From IMG/VR virus record IMGVR_UViG_3300007959_000003, positions 1 through 52,936 of that record: DNA of 52,936 nucleotides; one strand, written 5' to 3'. Shown here one piece after another: positions 46,734-52,936 of this stretch. Position numbers and translations under genes: made by a program. This DNA is from a virus (Duplodnaviria > Caudoviricetes). The notes under the pieces are model-generated. The model did no database searches. It was given only the letters and a program-made list of their open reading frames with translations, and was not told where the DNA came from. Position 1 is the stretch's first letter. Each line of letters starts with the position of its first letter.

Positions 46734-46909
46734 GCCGCCTCCCCAGCCCTGCTGAACCGCTTGGTAAAAGACTCCCGGAGCCGCCGGGCCTCAGCCTGAG
46801 CTTGTTCCATGCGGCGGGCCATTCGCACCAGGGGGTTTCTGTCGCCGAGGTAGCATCGACGGTCCTCGCAGACCACGTTGACGGGATGCATCTGGTTGCA
46901 GGTTTTCAT
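46730..46909 (-). CDS. Small hypothetical protein (59 aa)
   Basis: MKTCNQMHPVNVVC...RAGEAA; coupled to neighbours at both ends. Confidence 0.6.
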   Translation of the reverse strand: MKTCNQMHPVNVVCEDRRCYLGDRNPLVRMARRMEQAQAEARRLRESFTKRFSRAGEAA

Positions 46910-47202
46910 GCAGGCACCCCCGGCAGCGGCAAAGTGTCACGGTCAACCTTTGCATCTTCTTCTGCCTGTTTTGCGCGGATTTCGGAGAGCGTCAGCCCTT
47001 CAAATTCATCGGGAGCTTCCCCAAATGGCTCCGCATCTTCATATCCTGCGTAGAGCGGGCTATCCGCCTTGACCTCGTAAGCGTCAATCTCGGCATCGTC
47101 CATGACGTCTCGGATTTCTTCCTGAGCGATACGCTCAGCGGCGCGCTCATTCTCTGCCCAGACATAGGCTTTCGCCTCTATGCTCACTTCAAAAAGTTTC
47201 AT
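46906..47202 (-). CDS. Acidic hypothetical protein
   Basis: 98 aa; ATGA coupling. Confidence 0.7.
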   Translation of the reverse strand: MKLFEVSIEAKAYVWAENERAAERIAQEEIRDVMDDAEIDAYEVKADSPLYAGYEDAEPFGEAPDEFEGLTLSEIRAKQAEEDAKVDRDTLPLPGVPA

Positions 47203-47339
47203 AGAATCACCCCCGATCTCTTAGCCGCCCGTTGGCATGCGCGGCAGACGGGCTCCTCAACCCAGCGCCGGGATCGGTGGACCCAGTGCAGAACCTTCAT
47301 CATCGTGCGGGGCTTGCCGCAAGCGTTACAGCGGGGCAT
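47199..47339 (-). CDS. Small zinc-finger protein
   Basis: MPRCNACG...VCRAC; GGAGGT SD. Confidence 0.6.
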   Translation of the reverse strand: MPRCNACGKPRTMMKVLHWVHRSRRWVEEPVCRACQRAAKRSGVIL

Positions 47340-48399
47340 GGGGGACCTCCAGCCACTCGCGGCCGTCGAGGGTGCGCGGTATGTTCTTTTTGCCAACCCT
47401 AAGGCTAAACACGTGATCGCCCCAGATGTGGGTCGCTGCCGATTGTGGGCAGTGCGGTAGGTCAAAATCGGTAGCAATACCAAAAGGTATCCCGTCAGAA
47501 TCATCACGGCACGGCGCCCACTCCCCCCACTGCTTGAACATGAAGGGAACGCCGGCCGCCTGCGCCTGGTCGCGGAGGGACCGCACCCAATCGGGATGCA
47601 CCGGGCGGGCACCGTGGCCGGACTCGCCGCCGGTGATGATCCAGGAGAAGACCTTGCGCTGATCGGGGCAGGGCCCAATGCAGAAACCACCGGAGAAATC
47701 ATGGGTAGGACATATTTTCGGCCAGTAACTTAAATCCACGGGCCCCAGTAGCGGCTCGCATAGCGCCCCCACGCGCCACCCCATCCCGGCGAGTTGTGCC
47801 GCATACGGCGCCCGCTCATCCGCCCGCTGCTGGTCCTCCATGGTGACCAGGATGGTAACGTTGGAGAGGGGCCAACCGAGGTTGAGGCCTTTGGCGAGGC
47901 ATCCCTCTATCGCGTTGTGAGCGTGGCGCTCAGCCTCATCGCTGTAGCGCGCAGCCTCATCTGATATCGCTGCTTGCCAGATTTCTTTTGAGCCCCAGAG
48001 CTTTTTTGCGGCCTGCTCGGGACGCTTAGTAACGATGATGAAGCGGTGTTGATGTGACAGCGCCATTACGGTCAGAGCTTTGATGATGAACTCGTGCGGG
48101 ACATCTTTATGGAACAGGTCGCTCCAGATCGCGTATACCCGGGGCTTGCGGGCGCGTAGCGGCATGTCGAGGCGGTCCTCACGGCACACAATCTTGCCAT
48201 TGAAGAAGTACTGCGCCTTTGCAGGCGTGTTCACCCGCTCCACCAGGCCGGGAGTGAGGTTTGGCAGGTTCCGGCCATAGATCCCGGCCAGCCAGCAGTT
48301 CTTGCAGCCAGGAGAGACCGGGGTGCAGCCCTCGACCAGGGACCATGCATCGGTCCAGAACTTGCCGAGGTGTAGGACTTTAGAGAGGAGGTCTTTCAA
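47326..48399 (-). CDS. DUF5131 (phage gp37/gp68) family protein
   Basis: GCTPVSPGCKNC, SDLFH, TKRP, EPLLGP, GGESG, FMFKQWGEW. Confidence 0.92.
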   Translation of the reverse strand: MKDLLSKVLHLGKFWTDAWSLVEGCTPVSPGCKNCWLAGIYGRNLPNLTPGLVERVNTPAKAQYFFNGKIVCREDRLDMPLRARKPRVYAIWSDLFHKDVPHEFIIKALTVMALSHQHRFIIVTKRPEQAAKKLWGSKEIWQAAISDEAARYSDEAERHAHNAIEGCLAKGLNLGWPLSNVTILVTMEDQQRADERAPYAAQLAGMGWRVGALCEPLLGPVDLSYWPKICPTHDFSGGFCIGPCPDQRKVFSWIITGGESGHGARPVHPDWVRSLRDQAQAAGVPFMFKQWGEWAPCRDDSDGIPFGIATDFDLPHCPQSAATHIWGDHVFSLRVGKKNIPRTLDGREWLEVPHAPL

Positions 48400-48857
48400 G
48401 GCAGCACCTCCGCTTTTACTACCGCTAACGCCACGCAGTATGGGTCATTCGGGCGCGGGTCGTTGGCCATCATCTTGGCCCATGCCTTGTTGTGCTTGTT
48501 GGCGGCTTGGAGCGCCGCGAACTGGCTGGGAAAGTCGATCACATCGTCAGGTCCCAGAATGTGCATGACCCACTCCGAGTCCTTGCAACCTTCCGGCGGC
48601 CGCACGGCGTCGATGTATTCCATGAGCTCGTACGCGGGAATGTAAATCACCGGGTCGTCATGCTGGTTCATGTTTTCCAGCACCCATTTGCATACGGAAT
48701 CGGCCAACCGCGCCAACTCTCCGAGTTGCTGGGTGTAGGATCGCTCCAGATCGCGGAGCATCTTTATTTCGCCCATAGCTGCCGCTATATCGCCTCCTAC
48801 GATTGATGACTTCGCAAGGTCGTTGAGCCGCTTCTCTTGTTCTTTGGTTAAATTCAT
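48396..48857 (-). CDS. Hypothetical protein
   Basis: MNLTKEQ...WVMHILGPDDV; GGAGG SD. Confidence 0.65.
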   Translation of the reverse strand: MNLTKEQEKRLNDLAKSSIVGGDIAAAMGEIKMLRDLERSYTQQLGELARLADSVCKWVLENMNQHDDPVIYIPAYELMEYIDAVRPPEGCKDSEWVMHILGPDDVIDFPSQFAALQAANKHNKAWAKMMANDPRPNDPYCVALAVVKAEVLP

Positions 48858-48999
48858 ATTCCCTCCAGCGCTGAAGCGCGAGCTAGTGAGGCGGGCCGGG
48901 CTTGGTACCGGCTGGATTGCTCCGCGACATTCCCCAAAGTGGGTCGCAACCAAGTTGATGATTGCCGCGCATGTCCTTCCGCGATGCCACCGATTTGTG

Positions 49000-50199
49000 T
49001 TAAGCCGCGTTCGGCAGTTCCGGCTGGTCGATGATGGTGCTGCAGACCTTGCACTTGACGCCTTCAGGGGTCTGCTGGCGGAAGGGCTTCGGGTGCGAGC
49101 ACCTTGACTGCAGGTTTCCTTGCGGGGCGGGAGCGGACTTGACAACGAGGTCGCAGAGGTCGCAGGTAATGGACCCGTCCGGCTGCGTAGTCTGCTTGAA
49201 CGGGTTGTGGGCGCAGTCGCCGACAGCCACGAAGTTGCGGCAGACTTCGGCGGGGCGCTTCGGTGTACCGACGCGGAGGCAAACGTCTTTCGCGTTCTTC
49301 CCGGTGGCCGTGCAGGGGCCGCTTGCGCAGCGGGCGAGTTCGGCACCCGACTCGATCTGCGCTTCCATGTCCGGCATGAAGCAAGCTGCGCAGTCCGGAT
49401 TGTCGATGTTACAATCCTCGCAGCACTTGGCGATGGTGGGTTCCGACTTAGGCTCCTCGCCTTTCACCTTCAATCCGGCCGGGCAGGTGCAGGGGAGCAG
49501 CGCGGGCTCGCCGTAGAGTTCGCCCTCGATCACGCCGTAGCCCATGCAGATTTCGCAGTCTCCGAGCGGCTCGTCCAGGGGCATGAATGTCGCAGCGGTT
49601 TTCTCCAGTTCGGCAACCTCTGCGGCGGAGACTTCTTCGACTACCGGCAAAGCAGCGCCAGCGTCAGCATCCTGAGCACCCTGAGCCTCGCCCGTTCCGA
49701 CGCCTTCCGCTTTCGTTTCCTGCGCAGCTGCCGCATCGGATACCTCCGTGTTGACCTTGTGCTCGGACCTCATGTGGTCGGCAAGGAACTGTTCTGAGGC
49801 ATAAGCGTCATCGCAGTGCTGACATTTGAAGGGGTAAAGGTTCTCAGGGCTGAGTTCCTGCTCCTGCACCTCCTGCACCTCCTGCACCACCGGCTTATCC
49901 TTTGCCTTCCCGCGCCCTTTCTTCTCGGTCTGGATCGGTGCAGACTCGGGTACCACAGTGACGTGGTAGAGCCCGGAGAGTGCGTTGTCGATGCGCTGGG
50001 TGGCGTGGCGGAGCAGATCCGAGTTGGCGGTGATCGCGGTCACCAGCGAAATCTCCTCCTCTTTCAGAATGCTGATCTGTCCGAGGGTTTCGTCCAGGTG
50101 CCGCTTCAAGGCGGCGTTTACCAGCCTCAGCCGCTCGACCTCCGCGAAGTCCGCGCTCACATCCATAAGAACTGCTGTCCTGCTGATTTCCTGAGTCAT
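49000..50199 (-). CDS. Coiled-coil plus multiple zinc-finger protein
   Basis: C2H2 CQHC...H..SEH and several CxxC or CxH clusters. Confidence 0.75.
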   Translation of the reverse strand: MTQEISRTAVLMDVSADFAEVERLRLVNAALKRHLDETLGQISILKEEEISLVTAITANSDLLRHATQRIDNALSGLYHVTVVPESAPIQTEKKGRGKAKDKPVVQEVQEVQEQELSPENLYPFKCQHCDDAYASEQFLADHMRSEHKVNTEVSDAAAAQETKAEGVGTGEAQGAQDADAGAALPVVEEVSAAEVAELEKTAATFMPLDEPLGDCEICMGYGVIEGELYGEPALLPCTCPAGLKVKGEEPKSEPTIAKCCEDCNIDNPDCAACFMPDMEAQIESGAELARCASGPCTATGKNAKDVCLRVGTPKRPAEVCRNFVAVGDCAHNPFKQTTQPDGSITCDLCDLVVKSAPAPQGNLQSRCSHPKPFRQQTPEGVKCKVCSTIIDQPELPNAA

Positions 50200-50221
50200 G
50201 ATGCCCTCCGTAGGCAAGAGA

Positions 50222-50974
50222 TTAGATGCGAGATTTGACGGTTTCCTGGATAGCAAGGCCGGGAATTTCTCCGGCCTTGAAGCCGTTGGACTTCACCCAG
50301 GCCGACAGCTTCGCCTTCGGGAATTCCACGAACGCGGCCGCGCTGTCCTTCTCCACCAGGTATCGGAGGAAGGCCTTTACATCGGTCACCTGGACTTCGA
50401 CCTGGGTTACCTGCGACATGGTGGCGCCACCGGCTGCCCGGCCGCCGTCCACCCGGAGGGTCTTGTCTATGGTGGGAGCGAAGACGGGAGCTTCCACGAC
50501 CCGCTCGGCTTCCTGGCGGAGTGCGGCCGCTGCCGTGGTGCTGCCAGATGCTTCCAGCAACTCCGCCGAAGCCTGCAGCTCTCCCTGCTCACGCTGTTTT
50601 TTCTGAGCGGCTTCGACCTGCAGACGCTGTTGCTCAGCCGCGGCACGCTGGCGCTCGGCGGTCAAGAAGTTATCGATCATCTGCTGACCTGTCTTAGCTG
50701 CTTCGGTGAAGGGTGCGGTTGTATCAGTCTGCTGGGACTTGACACCGTCGAAGGCGACCTTAGCCTCGTCGACTACCTTCTTGGCCTTATCCATCATCGG
50801 CTTGAACCAGTTCTCGATCCCTTTGACGGCATCCTTCATCTGCTTCACGAAGGTGACCATCTTCCCGCAGGTATCCTGGTCGACTATGGTGAGCATCAGG
50901 ATCTCGCGGTAAACCTCCAGGGCCTCGCCAGTCGGTACTTCTTCTTCCAGTTTTTCAGCGGTGTTCGAGTTCAT
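50222..50974 (-). CDS. Coiled-coil recombination-module protein
   Basis: All-helical; directly after the exonuclease and RecT genes. Confidence 0.7.
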   Translation of the reverse strand: MNSNTAEKLEEEVPTGEALEVYREILMLTIVDQDTCGKMVTFVKQMKDAVKGIENWFKPMMDKAKKVVDEAKVAFDGVKSQQTDTTAPFTEAAKTGQQMIDNFLTAERQRAAAEQQRLQVEAAQKKQREQGELQASAELLEASGSTTAAAALRQEAERVVEAPVFAPTIDKTLRVDGGRAAGGATMSQVTQVEVQVTDVKAFLRYLVEKDSAAAFVEFPKAKLSAWVKSNGFKAGEIPGLAIQETVKSRI

Positions 50975-51594
50975 CTATTCCTCCACGCCTGAATCATCAG
51001 GTCTGTTTCGAATTTGCGGTGGTAGTCGGTGAGAAGCCGGCCAAACATCGGCCAGGCGTTGTGGTCGTAGGCTGCCGTGTAGCGGTACTTCCCATCCTGG
51101 CCGAGAAAGAGGATCCGGTGGTCGAGGATGATGTCGCCGGTTTTCGGCGGGATGATGATGTCGGGCGTCCCGGCGTAGCGATACTTTGTGCTCACCATGC
51201 GCTGCTCGATGAGCGGTTCCCGGCTCCTGTTCTCTATCCAGAGCTGGTGGTAGGCTGCAAGCTGGACCGGATCGGCGACGCGGTCATACTTGCGGCTCTT
51301 CACGTCGATGATGACGCCTGCTTCGTTCTCGAAAGGCCTGACCTCCGCGAGAAACTTTTGGAAGGCCTCCAGTGGGCCGTACAGCGCTTCGTCCAGGGTG
51401 GCATAGTCGAGCTGGTCGGCCAGGTAGAGCTCGACCATGGAATGACATGCACTCCCGAAGCGAGAGGCCCTTTCGAGCACCTCGGGCTTGACCATGGAGA
51501 AGTCGGTCAGAGGCTCCTTGATCTCGGAGACCGAGGGGAGGCGCTCACCATCGAGAAAATATTGGTGAGTTTCCTCGATGAAGATCAGGCTCAC
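50971..51594 (-). CDS. PD-(D/E)xK (RecB/Cas4-like) exonuclease with permuted motifs
   Basis: HQYFLDGERLPSVS, FGSACH, IIDVKS, QLAAY, YAGTPD. Confidence 0.8.
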   Translation of the reverse strand: MSLIFIEETHQYFLDGERLPSVSEIKEPLTDFSMVKPEVLERASRFGSACHSMVELYLADQLDYATLDEALYGPLEAFQKFLAEVRPFENEAGVIIDVKSRKYDRVADPVQLAAYHQLWIENRSREPLIEQRMVSTKYRYAGTPDIIIPPKTGDIILDHRILFLGQDGKYRYTAAYDHNAWPMFGRLLTDYHRKFETDLMIQAWRNR

Positions 51595-52442
51595 GGCTGA
51601 GCTTCCCACTTCTTGATGTCGGCCATGGCCCTGTTGATGTCGGCGGCGAGAATGTCTTCAAGCTGTGTCACCTTCATGTGTTCGCAGAACTCCTCAACCT
51701 TGATACCCTTGTTCTCCAGGGAGCGCTTGATCAGCGCAACGCCTCCCGAGGTGATCGTCGCCTGCACGTCGGTCGCGGGCTTTTCTTCCTGCTGAGTGGT
51801 GGTTTTATCCGGCTGGGTAGCCTTGGGCGACTGCACCTCAGGCTTCCCTTTGCCGGTGACAACCTGGTAGCCTTCGCCAGGGTGGAGCTCGTAGTCGCCA
51901 ACCTCTTCAGCGCAGGGCATGCCCTTGAGGACGTCGGGGAACTTGTCGCGGAGCGCCCAGGATCTGGCGCGCATTGCCAGCATGCGAGCGGGGTAGTTTC
52001 TCCACGGCCCCTGCTTGCCCAGGAGCTCGGCCTTCTTCGCATCGGCCACGGAGAACCGCTGCTCATGCACGGGGCTGCCTTTTCTGCTTACCCTGCAGAC
52101 GGCGGTGAGAGCTTCGCCTTCGCCTTCGAGGAATTCCTCCACGCCGAGGCACAGCGGCGAACTCATGACCAGGGCGAGCATCGCATCGCCCCAAAGGGTG
52201 GGCCGGCCGTTGATGACCGCAATGTTCTGCATCGCCTGGAGGGGGGCCAGGCCAAGCTCCATCCCCCACTGCACCGCGACGAAGATGTTGGCGGACTTGC
52301 CGACGAAGTCTTTCGGGATTACTGTACTGGTTGCCAGGAACTCACAGAACTTCAGAGCTTCTTCCAGGGTCTTGGGCGCCAGGCTTGCGAGGGCTCCCGC
52401 CTGGTTCGTCATTGGCTGCAGTTCTTTGGTTTCGTTATTCAT
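51591..52442 (-). CDS. recT: RecT-like single-strand annealing protein
   Basis: GMELGLAPLQAMQNIAVINGRPTLWGD, GPWRNYPARML, ALRDKFPDVL. Confidence 0.9.
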   Translation of the reverse strand: MNNETKELQPMTNQAGALASLAPKTLEEALKFCEFLATSTVIPKDFVGKSANIFVAVQWGMELGLAPLQAMQNIAVINGRPTLWGDAMLALVMSSPLCLGVEEFLEGEGEALTAVCRVSRKGSPVHEQRFSVADAKKAELLGKQGPWRNYPARMLAMRARSWALRDKFPDVLKGMPCAEEVGDYELHPGEGYQVVTGKGKPEVQSPKATQPDKTTTQQEEKPATDVQATITSGGVALIKRSLENKGIKVEEFCEHMKVTQLEDILAADINRAMADIKKWEAQP

Positions 52443-52515
52443 TGGCGGTCTCCTTGGTTAGCGGGTTAGGCAACTTCACCCATACCGTCTTGACAACTTC
52501 CTTTTCTTTCTGCAT
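52435..52515 (-). CDS. 26-aa leader ORF overlapping the recT start
   Basis: MQKEKEVVKTVWVKLPNPLTKETANE; AGGAG SD. Confidence 0.4.
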   Translation of the reverse strand: MQKEKEVVKTVWVKLPNPLTKETANE

Positions 52516-52542
52516 TATTGAAACTCCTGTGGTTGCTGAAGG

Positions 52543-52572
52543 AGGCCCTCTGTTCGTGCAGAGGGCCTTTTC
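52543..52572. terminator. Strong hairpin with T tail on the plus strand
   Basis: aggccctctg-ttcgtg-cagagggcct-ttt. Confidence 0.7.
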
Positions 52573-52574
52573 TG

Positions 52575-52936
52575 TTAATCCTCGAAAGTGTCCAAGTCGA
52601 CGTACTGAAGCGCGTAGCCGTTCCTCTCGACGGCCTTCAAGCAGATCGGCTCGGTCTGGTCCTTCACGTACCGAAGCGCGTCGCCGTCCATCTCGACGGC
52701 CTTCAAGCAGATCGGCTCGGTCTGGTCCTTCACGTACCGAAGCGCGTCGCCGTTCCTCTCGACGGCCTTCAAGCAGATCGGCTCGGTCTGGTCCTTCACG
52801 TACTGAAGCGCGTAGCCGTTCCTCTCGACGGCCTTCAAGCAGATCGGCTCGGTCTGGTCCTTCACGTACTGAAGCGCGTCGCCGTCCCTCTCGACGGCCT
52901 TCAAGCAGATCGGCTCGGTCTGGTCCTTCACGTACC
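52575..52936 (-). CDS. 3' part of the DUF4116-like repeat protein
   Basis: (VKDQTEPICLKAVERNGDALQY)n ending VDLDTFED. Confidence 0.88.
   Translation of the reverse strand, partial: YVKDQTEPICLKAVERDGDALQYVKDQTEPICLKAVERNGYALQYVKDQTEPICLKAVERNGDALRYVKDQTEPICLKAVEMDGDALRYVKDQTEPICLKAVERNGYALQYVDLDTFED
52599..52936. repeat. 66-bp tandem repeats (right end, about 5 copies)
   Basis: Same unit as at the left end. Confidence 0.95.

Larger units (their letters stand above)
1..52936. mobile_element. Temperate siphovirus genome (excised/circular form), probable Geobacteraceae host
   Basis: Complete module set: integrase, cI/cro, recombination, replication, terminase, portal, capsid, tail tube, tape measure, lysis. 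No host genes. Both ends fall in the same repeat gene. Confidence 0.93.

Noticed and set aside
49000-50199. c-type cytochrome
   Set aside because: No CxxCH haem motifs or signal peptide; the Cys patterns fit zinc binding.
52599-52936. CRISPR array
   Set aside because: Repeats are contiguous in-frame 66-bp coding units with no unique spacers, and no cas operon is present.
1-52936. Diversity-generating retroelement (repeat variants AAC/GAC/TAC look adenine-like)
   Set aside because: No reverse transcriptase or TR/VR pair was seen. Variants are biallelic, and two sites have no A allele.

Overview
The window is a near-complete, probably circular, ~53-kb temperate siphovirus genome. The likely host is in Geobacteraceae/Desulfuromonadia, inferred from a Geobacter-type RdgC and Geobacter-style FN3 and cell-surface domains. 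Both ends break inside the same 66-bp tandem-repeat gene. Nearly all genes lie on the minus strand in one arc: cro, cII-like, xis, repeat gene, RecT and exonuclease, two DNA methyltransferases, initiator and DnaC, RdgC and RusA, terminase, tRNA-Thr, portal, head, non-contractile tail, fibre and surface proteins, lysis cassette, attP and integrase. Only cI and one exported protein are on the plus strand. Most notable observations: (1) tail-fibre-type proteins, FN3 proteins and the endolysin carry Sec-type signal peptides, with paired cysteines and a shared basic C-terminal motif, which suggests an exported fibre/decoration system; (2) an EndoVII-type endonuclease gene is overprinted in the +1 frame inside a helicase-methylase whose frame stays open, with no visible intron or intein; (3) a G7 tract frameshifts both nested subunits of an alpha/beta C5 methyltransferase at once; (4) a PD-(D/E)xK exonuclease has its catalytic segments in swapped order; (5) a GTTGA-N7-TCAAC operator recurs at early and late promoters; (6) the lysis cassette contains a lipase and no recognisable spanins. 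All calls come from reading the sequence by eye; no database searches were run.
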